IMG/VR virus record: IMGVR_UViG_3300022741_000065
Span: 1-35,194 of that record
DNA: 35,194 nucleotides
Reading direction: 5' to 3' (one strand)
Source of the DNA: a virus
Taxonomy: Duplodnaviria; Caudoviricetes
Both the position numbers and the translations under genes were made by a program. Under the pieces are notes generated by a model that saw only the letters and a list, made by a program, of their open reading frames with translations, was not told where the DNA came from and did not search any database. Below are positions 23,951 to 33,016 of this stretch, in pieces; positions within the stretch are counted from its first letter, which is position 1; the number at the start of each line of letters is the position of its first letter.

Positions 23951-24247
23951 CTACAAGCGGGCGCGCTGGCGCGGCCGGGGCCGGGGGATGAGCACCCGCA
24001 GCCGGCGCTCGCAGAGCATGAGCACGGCGACGCCAGCGGCAAGCACCACCGCCGGCCAGGCGGGCGGGTTGCCGAGCAGGATATCGAGGATCTGCACCGA
24101 GGCGCCGACGAGCAGCAGGAAGAGCGCCAGCCGCACGGTGAGCAGGGTGTTGCAGCTCATGCGGTTGAGCGCGGGTTCCACGCGCCGAAGGATGACGATG
24201 CAGGCCACCAGGGAGAGGGCCGAGGGCAGGAGTTCGGGGGCGCTCAT
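23951..24247 (-). CDS. Small multi-TM membrane protein (holin/antiholin-like)
   Basis: Three hydrophobic segments and a very basic C-terminus. Confidence 0.65.
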   Translation of the reverse strand: MSAPELLPSALSLVACIVILRRVEPALNRMSCNTLLTVRLALFLLLVGASVQILDILLGNPPAWPAVVLAAGVAVLMLCERRLRVLIPRPRPRQRARL

Positions 24248-24612
24248 TCGGATAGCTCCTTCGCACGCCGGGCGCCGATGCGCAGCACGCCGCGGCCGAT
24301 CACATCCACCGCCAGCAGGCCAATGCCCAGCGCAGTGGGGTACTGCAGCAGCTCGATGGGCAGGGTGCCGGGCATCCATTCCCGCGAGGCCACCCAGGCG
24401 GCGGCGAGCGGCGCGCACCAGGCGGCGGCGAGCGCCGAGATGGCAACGCGGCTGAGGCGGTCCAGCGTGCCCAGCGGGGGCTGGTAGGTCATGGCCCACC
24501 AGCCGCCCCAGGCGCCCGCGAGCAGCAGCACGGGGTGCAGGCCGGTGACAAAGCCGAGCACGACGATGCCGCAGGCGCTGGCGCCGCAGGCGGCGGGGGA
24601 GATGGGTTCCAT
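24244..24612 (-). CDS. Multi-TM membrane protein (putative holin)
   Basis: Three hydrophobic segments, LLAGAWGG motif, charged C-terminus. Confidence 0.65.
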   Translation of the reverse strand: MEPISPAACGASACGIVVLGFVTGLHPVLLLAGAWGGWWAMTYQPPLGTLDRLSRVAISALAAAWCAPLAAAWVASREWMPGTLPIELLQYPTALGIGLLAVDVIGRGVLRIGARRAKELSE

Positions 24613-25160
24613 CAGGCCTCCACCTCTTCCGGCCAGCCGACGACGTAGGCCTGCAGGGCCTCGGCCGTTTGCAGCTCGGCCACCTCGGCTTTCATCTGCC
24701 GCTGGCGGGTGTGGATGTCCCAGCCATAAGCGACGATGGCGGCTTCGTGAGCGGCGTTGAGGTCGCAGACGGCGGCGTAGTCCATTGGCACGTCTTCGTT
24801 GGCCGCGTCGGTCCAGAAAAAACCCGGCGGCAGCGCGGCCATGGCGACCACCGGCTGCAGGCGCGTGCGCACCACCAAGCCGCCATCCCACTCGCGGCCG
24901 GCGTGGTCGAACAGGATGGGGCTGTTTTCCTGCTGGTCGCGCCAGGTGTTGATGTCGGTGGTGAGCTGCTCGCGCAGGGCGGCCGCGGTGGGAAGTGGCC
25001 GCTCTGTTAGCTCGGGATAGCCTTCCGCGTTGGCGGTAATCAGGAGACCTTCCGCCTGGCCTGTGAGCAGATCCCGGTATTGCTCGGGAGTGATCTCTAC
25101 GCCTGCGGGGTAAGGTGGGGTCGCGTGGAATGCAGGTGGATGTGCGGTGAAGATAATCAT
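24612..25160 (-). CDS. Tail fibre assembly-like protein (DUF4376-like C-terminus)
   Basis: VEITPEQYRDLLTGQAEG..ITANAEGYP.L; FFWTDAANEDVPM; follows the tail fibre gene; start may be GTG at 25169. Confidence 0.8.
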   Translation of the reverse strand: MIIFTAHPPAFHATPPYPAGVEITPEQYRDLLTGQAEGLLITANAEGYPELTERPLPTAAALREQLTTDINTWRDQQENSPILFDHAGREWDGGLVVRTRLQPVVAMAALPPGFFWTDAANEDVPMDYAAVCDLNAAHEAAIVAYGWDIHTRQRQMKAEVAELQTAEALQAYVVGWPEEVEA

Positions 25161-25165
25161 GACGA

Positions 25166-26704
25166 TCACTTGCCGAAGGCTTGGTAGTAGCAGCGGAGGT
25201 TGGCGAGGGACGCCCGGCCGTTGAAACCAGCGAGGGCAGGCGTATCGCACCAGCCGTAGGCGCCGGAGGTGTTGCTATTGTTGCCGCCGAAGGTCAGGGA
25301 ATAGATTTCGCTCTTGAATGCAGTAGAGAAGAGGACAGGGGTAACGGCGGCGGCGGAAGCCGGGCCGATCCAGGTGCCCCACTGCACGATAAGACCGCTG
25401 GGGAGCATCTGATACCCGGCAGTGGCGAGCGATGAGCCGAACGCGCCGGAAGTGAGGCTTGCCTGTAGCAGCGGCGTACCGGACATGACGAGCCAGGTAT
25501 CCGTGCCATTGAAGTTTGTGATGTAGCACCAGTCGCCCGCGCCGAGGACAACCGAGGTGAGCGAGTTTTGGTAGCCGACGGAGATGGCGTTGGTTCCACC
25601 GCGGGTGACGGTGACGGTGGCCGACTGGGCGACGATGAGCAGGCCAGACCCGGCCGGGCAGGCGTTGGCGAAGGGCAGCACCACCGAGTAGGGGCCGGCG
25701 CCGCCGCAGACGATGCCGCGGCCGACGTGCGACGCATCCAGCGTGGCGCCGGCGGTGAGGTGAGTCATGCCCGGCAGACTGCCCAGGGCGCCTCGGACGA
25801 ACTCGGTGGAGGCCCGCTTGCGGGAGTTGTCGAAGCGGTCGGGCGTGGGGCCGTTGAGGCCGCCGGCCCACTGAAATTCGATGCCGATGGCGCCCATGAT
25901 GATGGCGGTATCGGTCTTGACCATCCACAGGGTGTCGGCATTGACGGTGCCGGCCTCGACCGGCACTACCGCGCCGGGGGTGAGGTTGGCGCCGCTGTTG
26001 GCGTCCGCCGAGCGTGCCCAGGCGCCGGCCGCCGCAACATAGATGCCATTCGCGGTGGTGGCGGTCTGGTCTTTGACCAGCACCCGGTCTCCGGCGACCA
26101 GCTGCACGCCGTCCACCGTGAGCAGACCGGAGAGGGCGGCGAGGTTGGCGGTGGTGGCCGCGCGAACGGAATCCTTGTGATCGCGCTTGTTCAGTTCGAC
26201 GGTGACCGCGGTCATGACCTGGGCCGTGATGGTGATGACAGAGTCATCAACATACGAGCGGGTGGCGAGGATCACCGAGGGGTCAATCTTGAGTTGCACG
26301 GCGCTGGTACTGCTGACGATGAGCACCATGCGGATAACCTGGGTGCGGCCGCTGCCCTCGGACAGCACCGGCTTGTAGGTGTCCGGGCAGTTGCCGACGG
26401 CGATCAGGTTGCCGTCGGCGTCGTACAGGCCTAGCTCCCGGATGTACCAGCCGCCCTCGCTTTCAGGGATGACCTGTTCGGCGATGATCTGGTTTGCGTT
26501 GGCGGGGTCCGTCTTCAGCGTATTGAGCGAGGCGCGGCGGCGCTCGTTCTTCAGCCCGGTGAGGATCTGCTCGGGCGTGACGGCGGCGCCGTTGCCGTCG
26601 CCCACGCCCAGCTGGGTAATGCTCAGCGGGATATCGAGGGCCGCCGCGTTGGCGAGCTTGGCCTCGCCGATGGGGGTGAGCTTTGCGTAGTAGGTCTGGG
26701 CCAT
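25166..26704 (-). CDS. H: Tail fibre protein H
   Basis: LTPIGEAKLANA...GDGNG...EQVIPESEGGWYIRE...EGSGRTQ; C-terminal GYQMLPSGLIVQWG. Confidence 0.94.
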   Translation of the reverse strand: MAQTYYAKLTPIGEAKLANAAALDIPLSITQLGVGDGNGAAVTPEQILTGLKNERRRASLNTLKTDPANANQIIAEQVIPESEGGWYIRELGLYDADGNLIAVGNCPDTYKPVLSEGSGRTQVIRMVLIVSSTSAVQLKIDPSVILATRSYVDDSVITITAQVMTAVTVELNKRDHKDSVRAATTANLAALSGLLTVDGVQLVAGDRVLVKDQTATTANGIYVAAAGAWARSADANSGANLTPGAVVPVEAGTVNADTLWMVKTDTAIIMGAIGIEFQWAGGLNGPTPDRFDNSRKRASTEFVRGALGSLPGMTHLTAGATLDASHVGRGIVCGGAGPYSVVLPFANACPAGSGLLIVAQSATVTVTRGGTNAISVGYQNSLTSVVLGAGDWCYITNFNGTDTWLVMSGTPLLQASLTSGAFGSSLATAGYQMLPSGLIVQWGTWIGPASAAAVTPVLFSTAFKSEIYSLTFGGNNSNTSGAYGWCDTPALAGFNGRASLANLRCYYQAFGK

Positions 26705-26706
26705 GG

Positions 26707-27324
26707 TCAGGGCTGCGGCTGGATTGTCAGGGTGTCGATGAGGTGCGGGCCGGCGGCGAATAGGGCGCCGCCGGTGATGACGATGTCTTCGCCGGTCCAG
26801 GGATACACAGTGAGTTCGTCGCCCAGAAAAGTGGCGGCACCCACATAGACGCCGCCGCGCGACTCCAGGGAAATGGCGAGCCCGGACATATGCCGGGTGA
26901 GGGGCTTGGCGTCGGCGATGAGGCGTTCCAGCTCGCCGTACATCTCATCCGTGATGCCGGTATCGAGCACGCCGACACGCAAGCGGAAGGTGCCCGGCGT
27001 GCCCTCGGGCGTTTCCTGCCACCACTCCACCACCTCGATGAGGTAGCCCAGCGGTTCCACTGCCCGGCGCAGGGCGCCGATGGTCCCTTTGTGCGCATGC
27101 ACGTACCAGCTGGCATTGATGACGGCGCGCTTTGTGGCCTCGGGCCAACTGGCGTCCCAGCGGTCCACCGAGCGCGCCCAGGCGAGGATGGGCAGCAGGG
27201 CGGCGGGGCAGGTGTCCGGCCGCCAGAGGTCGCGGATGGGGATGTCGATATCCACCAGATCCGCGCAGGCCTGGGCGGCTGCGCGCTCCAGATCGGTGGC
27301 GGAGGGCGGCAGCAGCTTACTCAT
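26707..27324 (-). CDS. I: Tail/baseplate protein I
   Basis: LLPPSAT.LE...LAWARSVDRWD...HKGTIGALRRAVEPLG. Confidence 0.95.
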   Translation of the reverse strand: MSKLLPPSATDLERAAAQACADLVDIDIPIRDLWRPDTCPAALLPILAWARSVDRWDASWPEATKRAVINASWYVHAHKGTIGALRRAVEPLGYLIEVVEWWQETPEGTPGTFRLRVGVLDTGITDEMYGELERLIADAKPLTRHMSGLAISLESRGGVYVGAATFLGDELTVYPWTGEDIVITGGALFAAGPHLIDTLTIQPQP

Positions 27325-28225
27325 CGTCCGCACCCTGCTCGATGCTGATGGCGGTGCAGTGGCTGGCCTGGGTGGCGCTCAACACGATGTCCGCCAGTGG
27401 GGCGAGCAGCTCCACCCGCTGCACGCCCTCGACGTGGAGCGCGGCGTAGATGGCGGAGAGGCGGATATCCCGGCCAATGCGCCGCTGGGTAGCGGCATAG
27501 GCGCTGGCGCGGGTCTGCGCTTCGGCGAGGATGGGCTCGGCCTCCGGGCCGGGGTAGAGGTGCAGCACGGCGGCGATGCTGTAATCGACGATGCTGGCGG
27601 ATTGCACGGTGAGGCGGTCGGCGACCGGGCGCACGTCCTCATCGTTGAGCGCGGCGGATACGGCGGCGAGCAGCTCGGCCGAGGCGGTGCCGTCGCCTTC
27701 GCGGGACAGCACGGTGACCAGGGCCTGGGCCGGGGCGGGGCTAGTGGCGCTGACGTCTGCCACCTGGCCATCGGCGGACAGGGCGTGATACTCGTAGGCG
27801 CCGCGCGGGCCTGCCACGCTCAGCCCTTCGAAGGCCTGCTGTACGCGGGCGCGCAGCTCGTCGTCGCTCTCGTAAGTGGGATCTACCGGCGGCACGGCGG
27901 TGCTATCGCCCTCGCTCAGCACCAAGCGCTCCACCTCGTAGTTGGCGGCGAGGTGATCCAGATCGGTGCCGCTGGCCCAGGCGAGCATGACGGCGCGGGC
28001 GGCCTCGTTGATGCGCTGGCGCAGCACCAGCTCCCGATAAGCCGACTCTTGCAGCAGCTTGACGATGGGCTCCGATTCCAGCTCCAACGCCGCGGCCATG
28101 GCCGCGCGCTCGGCGGCCGGCGTCAGCTCGATGAGGCGGGCTTTACGCTCGGCGAGGATGGCCTCGTAGTCCAGCGCCTCGACGACGTCGGGCGCGGAGA
28201 GGCGGGACAGATCCACGGTGCTCAT
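27317..28225 (-). CDS. J: Baseplate protein J
   Basis: DLSRL.APDVVE.LDYE...LSVAGPRGAYEYHA...VRPVADRLTVQSA. Confidence 0.96.
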   Translation of the reverse strand: MSTVDLSRLSAPDVVEALDYEAILAERKARLIELTPAAERAAMAAALELESEPIVKLLQESAYRELVLRQRINEAARAVMLAWASGTDLDHLAANYEVERLVLSEGDSTAVPPVDPTYESDDELRARVQQAFEGLSVAGPRGAYEYHALSADGQVADVSATSPAPAQALVTVLSREGDGTASAELLAAVSAALNDEDVRPVADRLTVQSASIVDYSIAAVLHLYPGPEAEPILAEAQTRASAYAATQRRIGRDIRLSAIYAALHVEGVQRVELLAPLADIVLSATQASHCTAISIEQGADDE

Positions 28226-28575
28226 GCATTGCCCCGCAGCGGGATGGACAGCGCGGCGGTGCCGGCGCTGACGCCGTCGATGCGCTCGGCTTCCAGGCTG
28301 ACGGTGAGCGCCGCGCCCTCGATGAGGTATTGCACCCGGGTGATGCGGATGCGCGGTTCCCAGCGCTGCAGGGCCATGACGGTGGCGGCGGCGCAGCGCA
28401 GCAGGGTGGCGTCGTTGAGCGGCTGGTCGATGAGGCGCGGGATTTCGCTGCCGTACTCCCGGCGGGCGATGCGTGAGCCCACGGGCGTGAGCAGGATGTC
28501 GCGCACGCTTTGGCGGATGTGGGCCAGCTCGCTGCAGGGGGCGCCGGTGTCGGCGTTCATGCCGGTCCAGTTCAT
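28222..28575 (-). CDS. W: Baseplate wedge protein W (gp25-like)
   Basis: HIRQSVRDILLTPVGSR..RREYGS...WEPRI. Confidence 0.95.
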   Translation of the reverse strand: MNWTGMNADTGAPCSELAHIRQSVRDILLTPVGSRIARREYGSEIPRLIDQPLNDATLLRCAAATVMALQRWEPRIRITRVQYLIEGAALTVSLEAERIDGVSAGTAALSIPLRGNA

Positions 28576-29210
28576 TGGGGCTGGCCCGTGCTGCCGCTGC
28601 CCGGTTGCACGCCGGTGTGGGTGTGGGTGTGCAGGACGATGCCGTTGCTGCTGAGGTTGCCTTGCTCGTGGATAAAGTCGTCGGTGATCCGGGTGCGGCC
28701 GCCGGCGCTGCCGCCGTAGCCGGTCATGCCGGAGAGGTAGGTCAGCAGCTTTTCAACGATGAGGGTGCCCTTGATCAGCACGTTGCCGGTGATGGTGCTT
28801 TCCGGGCAATCGACGGTGACGTGCTCGGAGGCCTCGACCAGCGCGGTCTTGATGCCGGTGGCGCTGAGGGCGCTGGTGGCGTGGTTGTAGGTGATGCGGG
28901 CGCCGTCCGGGTACTCGGTGACGTGTTCGTCCGCGCTGTTGCTGGGCTGGGGGTGGGCGGTGGTGTAGATGCCGCAGAGCACCAGGCCGGCGGCCAGTTC
29001 GCCGGAGGGGCAGAGCAGCAGCACTTGCTCGCCGGCGGTGGGCGGCGTCCAGCTGCGGGTGTTGCCGGCGCGCAGGGTGAGCCAGGGCAACCAGGTGGTG
29101 AGCAGGCCGCCTGCCTGCACCCGGCACCGGGCCGCGTCGTGATCGACGGCGGCGATGGTGCCGGGGCGGACGAGGTTGTCCAGGCGGCGGAGGATGTCTG
29201 CGAGGTCCAT
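28572..29210 (-). CDS. V: Baseplate spike protein V
   Basis: WLPWLTLRAG...GEQV...YPDGA.I.Y; C-terminal HTHTGV. Confidence 0.95.
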   Translation of the reverse strand: MDLADILRRLDNLVRPGTIAAVDHDAARCRVQAGGLLTTWLPWLTLRAGNTRSWTPPTAGEQVLLLCPSGELAAGLVLCGIYTTAHPQPSNSADEHVTEYPDGARITYNHATSALSATGIKTALVEASEHVTVDCPESTITGNVLIKGTLIVEKLLTYLSGMTGYGGSAGGRTRITDDFIHEQGNLSSNGIVLHTHTHTGVQPGSGSTGQPQ

Positions 29211-29219
29211 GCGGCAGAG

Positions 29220-29278
29220 GATGCCGCGCGCGCGGGGAGGCGCCGAGCGCCGGGGGTTGTGAGGCGGGGGCTTACAAC
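29220..29278 (-). promoter_or_regulatory. Ogr-type late promoter pV
   Basis: GTTGT-N13-ACAAC at 29256-29278, GATGCC at 29220. Confidence 0.82.
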
Positions 29279-29285
29279 CGGGGGC

Positions 29286-29732
29286 TTACAGCCGGCGCGC
29301 CAGGTGGGCGAGCAGGATCTCGCCGACGGTGTTTTCGTCGGCGTCGGAGAGGCCGAGGATTTGCCGCTGCGCATAGCGCACGCGGGGGCCGCGGGGGGAG
29401 ACGGCATCCTCGCGCCCCTCTTGGTGCACAAGGGCGATGCGGGCGGCCCGGCCGGTGATGCTGATGTAGGCGCCCTGGGCGTCGGACTCTGCCTGCAGGT
29501 ATCGCCCGCGCAGTTTGGCGAACATGCTGCGGCGGATGCGGCCCGCCTGGGCGCGCAGGCGGGGCTTGCGCGGGGCGTAGGGGGAGCCGTCCGGGTTGAG
29601 CTGGGCGGCGATGCGGCGGCGCTGCCCCTGCCGCAGGGCCTGGGCCAGCTCGCGGGCAGCGTTGCGGCGCTCGCCGGCGGTGAGCTGCTCCAGCAGGCCC
29701 TGCATCCAGGGTTCCAGGCGGTCGAAGCTCAT
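29286..29732 (-). CDS. S: Tail completion / virion morphogenesis protein S
   Basis: RIAAQLNPDGSPYAPRK...MFAKLR...RIALVHQEG. Confidence 0.92.
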   Translation of the reverse strand: MSFDRLEPWMQGLLEQLTAGERRNAARELAQALRQGQRRRIAAQLNPDGSPYAPRKPRLRAQAGRIRRSMFAKLRGRYLQAESDAQGAYISITGRAARIALVHQEGREDAVSPRGPRVRYAQRQILGLSDADENTVGEILLAHLARRL

Positions 29733-30187
29733 GGGGCGGGTATCTCCAGCGTCCAGGGCGCCTCATTGCGGCCCGCGTAGGGGTCGAGCGGCGGCTCGGG
29801 GGCGTGGGTGGCGGTGTAGCCGCCGGCTTCGGTCTTGCGGACGATGACGCGTTCGGTGAGGGTGATGCGCAGCTCGAGGTCCATCGTGCTGTGGTTGAGC
29901 AGCTCGGCCTCGAAGCGGATGCCGTCGCGTCGGCGGTCGGGGTTTGCGAGCAGCTCGGGCTGGTTGGTCGATACCCAGGCGAGCACGGGAATCAGCAGCG
30001 TGTCGGCGTGCTCGGCGTAGTCCAGCAGGATCACGCGCAGGGTGTAGCCGTATTCAAACGAGAGGCTGGGCGCGCCGGTGCATTGGATGCTGCCTTCCTC
30101 CACGAAGACAAGCAGCTTGTCCGGGTTGGCCTTGACGCTGGGGAGGGCGGCCTCGATGGCGGCCCGGAGGCTGGCGGGTTTCAGCAT
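29729..30187 (-). CDS. R: Tail completion protein R
   Basis: MLKPASLR...NPDKLLVFVEEG...SFEYGYTL...NQPELL...LTERVIV. Confidence 0.93.
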   Translation of the reverse strand: MLKPASLRAAIEAALPSVKANPDKLLVFVEEGSIQCTGAPSLSFEYGYTLRVILLDYAEHADTLLIPVLAWVSTNQPELLANPDRRRDGIRFEAELLNHSTMDLELRITLTERVIVRKTEAGGYTATHAPEPPLDPYAGRNEAPWTLEIPAP

Positions 30188-30390
30188 TGCGGGGGCTCCG
30201 GGTTGCGGTCCGCGTGGTTTTGGCATGCGGCTTTTGCCTCCTCGGCGTCGGGGAAGGCGCCGAGGAAGACAGTGGCCGCGTGAGCGTGATAGACCGGCTC
30301 CACGCCGGCGGCGCCGCGAACGTGGCTTTTCTCGATGCGGTAGGGGCCGCAGGCAAGGGTTTCGGCGGTGGTGCGGAGCCAGTCCATCAT
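30181..30390 (-). CDS. Small hypothetical protein
   Basis: ATGA-coupled to the methyltransferase gene; LGAFPDAEEAKAACQ. Confidence 0.6.
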   Translation of the reverse strand: MMDWLRTTAETLACGPYRIEKSHVRGAAGVEPVYHAHAATVFLGAFPDAEEAKAACQNHADRNPEPPQC

Positions 30391-31148
30391 GCGGCCGAGG
30401 GTAGGGCATCCCGCTCGCGGTGGGCGCGCTCGATGCGCTCGCAGGCGGTGCGAAAGTGGATGGGGCTGAGTTCGATGCCGACGAAGCGGCGGCCCTCGCG
30501 GATGGCGCCCACGCCGGTGGAGCCCGAGCCCATGAAGGGGTCGCGGATCTCGGCGCCAGGGGCGGGTATCCGGGCCAGCTCTTGCATGAGCGGCGTGGGC
30601 TTGCCCGTCATGTGCCATTTATCGGACCGGCGCACGGTGTGCCGATAGACGCCGGGGAAGGGGCCGGCATGGGTGGCAAGGGGAAGCGGGCCGGCACTGC
30701 CCCAGACGATGTACTCCGCCTGATGCCGCAGATAGCCCTTGTGCGGCGCGCGTGAGCCCGGCCCCTTATCCCAGGGGGCCACGCCGCGCCAGAGGTAGCC
30801 CGCCCACTGAATGGCATCGGTGAGAGCGGGGAGCTGGCGCCAGTCGATAAAGCTGAGCAGGTAGCCGCCAGGCTTGAGTTGCAGCAAGCCCATCCAGGCC
30901 GCGCACCAACTCGTCCACGAGCGTTGGTCCTTGGCGTCGTGGGCAAAGTCTTCGTACTCCCGCTTGACGCCGCCGTGGACATACTTGGTCAGCGGCGATG
31001 CCATTCGGTCGCCTCGGTGCAGTCCGCCGCTGGCATAGGGTGGATCGGTGATGACGGCATCGGCCGCGCCGAGGGTGGGCAGGATGTCGAAGGCGTTGCC
31101 GAGGTAAAGGGTGGCGTCGCCGATGGTGACGCGGTGAGGCTTGGACAT
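30387..31148 (-). CDS. Orphan N6-adenine/N4-cytosine DNA methyltransferase (beta class)
   Basis: ITDPPY before H.TGKP..L and DPFMGSGSTG. Confidence 0.93.
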   Translation of the reverse strand: MSKPHRVTIGDATLYLGNAFDILPTLGAADAVITDPPYASGGLHRGDRMASPLTKYVHGGVKREYEDFAHDAKDQRSWTSWCAAWMGLLQLKPGGYLLSFIDWRQLPALTDAIQWAGYLWRGVAPWDKGPGSRAPHKGYLRHQAEYIVWGSAGPLPLATHAGPFPGVYRHTVRRSDKWHMTGKPTPLMQELARIPAPGAEIRDPFMGSGSTGVGAIREGRRFVGIELSPIHFRTACERIERAHRERDALPSAA

Positions 31149-31420
31149 TACGGTGGTTCCTTGCTGTTGCGGGTATTACGGGTTGCCCAGTCCCTGCACT
31201 CGCGTTGCCGTGCCCGGCAGTCGGAGCCCCAATCCTGCAGCTCCTTGGCCGTCTGCAGCGGGTCCGGCGCCGTCGGCGGCATCTCCGGGCAGAGCACTGT
31301 GCAGAGCGCCGGCGGCGGTGCTGTTATCGGCTCCAGCGTAGGCCGCTCGGCGAGATTCGAGCAGGCTGAATTCAGCAGGGCTCCAAGCGCAATCAGGACG
31401 GGGCGCAGGGGTTTGGTCAC
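31148..31420 (-). CDS. o-spanin (Rz1-like lipoprotein)
   Basis: GTG start, signal and lipobox LLNSAC, Pro-rich; overlaps the i-spanin in another frame. Confidence 0.7.
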   Translation of the reverse strand: MTKPLRPVLIALGALLNSACSNLAERPTLEPITAPPPALCTVLCPEMPPTAPDPLQTAKELQDWGSDCRARQRECRDWATRNTRNSKEPP

Positions 31421-31652
31421 GGTCGATTTCCTTGAGGCGTTGGGCGAGGGCGTCGCGTTCGCGCTGGGCGGTCTGGGCGCGCTTGGCCTCGGCCTTGAGG
31501 TCGGCGGCGCCGGCCTTGTAGGCGATCTCAATATCGGCTTTGCGCTGCAGGGCAACTTCGCCCAGGGCGGCGTTGTGGCCCCAGCGGTAGCCACCGGCGG
31601 CGGTGGCGGCCAGGGCGGCTGCAAGGGCGAGCAGCAGCCAGGGGTTAGGCAT
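31176..31652 (-). CDS. i-spanin (Rz-like)
   Basis: N-terminal TM segment followed by a coiled coil; downstream of the endolysin. Confidence 0.75.
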   Translation of the reverse strand: MPNPWLLLALAAALAATAAGGYRWGHNAALGEVALQRKADIEIAYKAGAADLKAEAKRAQTAQRERDALAQRLKEIDRDQTPAPRPDCAWSPAEFSLLESRRAAYAGADNSTAAGALHSALPGDAADGAGPAADGQGAAGLGLRLPGTATRVQGLGNP

Positions 31653-32007
31653 GGGCGGGCCTCGGGAGGTTGGCGAGCACGCGGTCGAGGTCGATCTCCC
31701 ACCAGTCCAGCATGGGGCGGGCGGTGCGGCGCGTGGCCATGGGCAGGGAGTGGCCGGGCAGGCGCTCGGCGTAGATCCAGCGGTAGCCCTCGCCGTGCGC
31801 CCACCAGGCGATGAGCCGCAGTTGCGCGCGAGTGATGCCGTTGGCGGCCAGGGCGGTGATGACCAGCTCGGAGAGCGAGAGGTGCAGGAAGTTGGCGGCG
31901 CCGATGAATTCGGGGCGGGGGCCGGTGGCGCCATCGCGCAGCAGGCGGATCTTGCCGGCGAGGGGCTCGATGGCGATGGCGCCGTGGGCATCCCGGATGA
32001 TGTTCAT
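31645..32007 (-). CDS. Hypothetical protein inside the lysis cassette
   Basis: 120-aa ORF coupled to the endolysin stop. Confidence 0.65.
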   Translation of the reverse strand: MNIIRDAHGAIAIEPLAGKIRLLRDGATGPRPEFIGAANFLHLSLSELVITALAANGITRAQLRLIAWWAHGEGYRWIYAERLPGHSLPMATRRTARPMLDWWEIDLDRVLANLPRPAHA

Positions 32008-32807
32008 GCGGCGACCGCCTCCAGGGCGGAGTAGCGGGCGAAGGCGCGCTCAAGCTTGATGTCGTAGAGGTTGGCGGCGTAGTCCGGGCCGTTGTAGCCC
32101 TCCGCAAAGACCGCCCACTTGCCGGTGCGCAGGGCCTTGAGCAGCTTTCCGTCCGCGGCGACGAAGCGGACGAAGGCGTCGAGGTGCTCGCCCTCGCTGC
32201 GCTGCATGCGTGCGACGAAGTCGGCGATGCTGTCGTACCCCAGGCGATGCCAGTGATAGCCCATGATCTGGAAGGCGCCCCAGCTGCAGGACTCTTGCGC
32301 GCAGGCGACGTTGATGCTCATGGCATCCTTGAGCCGGCCGTGTTCGGCGGTGTCGCCGCGGTAGCCGCCGCGCTGGAGATTGACCAGGGCGGGGTACTTG
32401 GCGGCGAGCGTGTCGGCCTCGGCCTGGCCGAGGGTGGCGACGAGGCGGCGGTGCATGACGTGGCGTTCGAAGAGGATGACGGGGCGGCCGTCGGCCATGA
32501 AGCCGGCGCCTCGGGACTCCACTTCATTCACCGCGCGGATGGCTGCGAGCGGCACGTCCAGGGCGACGCGGGCGCGCTCCAGATCCGCGAGGCCGAGCAG
32601 GTGCTTGGGGCGGCCGCCAGCTTGCAGGGCGGCGAGGGTCTTGGGGCCGGCGACGCCGTCGGCGACCAGGCCGTAGCGGAGCTGGGCGGCGAGCACTGCC
32701 GCCGCGGTGGCCTCGCCGAACCAGCCGTCCACCGTAATCTTGGCGCCGCGCTGGTTGAGCAGGAGTTGGAGGTCGCGCACGTTGATGCCCTTGCTACCGA
32801 GTTTCAT
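32004..32807 (-). CDS. Endolysin: PG-binding domain + DUF3380-type N-acetylmuramidase
   Basis: DGWFG..T..AV...DGVAGPKT; VESRGAGF...ILFERH; SWGAFQIMG; YNGPDY. Confidence 0.93.
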   Translation of the reverse strand: MKLGSKGINVRDLQLLLNQRGAKITVDGWFGEATAAAVLAAQLRYGLVADGVAGPKTLAALQAGGRPKHLLGLADLERARVALDVPLAAIRAVNEVESRGAGFMADGRPVILFERHVMHRRLVATLGQAEADTLAAKYPALVNLQRGGYRGDTAEHGRLKDAMSINVACAQESCSWGAFQIMGYHWHRLGYDSIADFVARMQRSEGEHLDAFVRFVAADGKLLKALRTGKWAVFAEGYNGPDYAANLYDIKLERAFARYSALEAVAA

Positions 32808-32812
32808 GGCGG

Positions 32813-33016
32813 TCAGTCCCATAGCTGTAGCCGGGTGGTGGTCGGCTGGGTGGTTTGTTCGGGGAGTTCGACGGCGAGCCCCATGGGGAGCACGGGGCCG
32901 TGGTCGGCTATGCCGGGGTTGGCTTCGAGCACCGCTTCCACTACGCCGGCGGTGCGGCCGTAATGGCGCCAGCAGAGGGCATCGACGGTGTCTCCCTGCC
33001 GTGCGATGACTTGCAT
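32813..33016 (-). CDS. X: Tail protein X (LysM-like)
   Basis: QGDTVDALCWRHYGRT...VLEANPG...LQLWD. Confidence 0.95.
   Translation of the reverse strand: MQVIARQGDTVDALCWRHYGRTAGVVEAVLEANPGIADHGPVLPMGLAVELPEQTTQPTTTRLQLWD

Noticed and set aside
24612-26704. Invertible tail-fibre cassette or diversity-generating retroelement
   Set aside because: No invertase, reverse transcriptase, inverted second fibre end or template repeat seen
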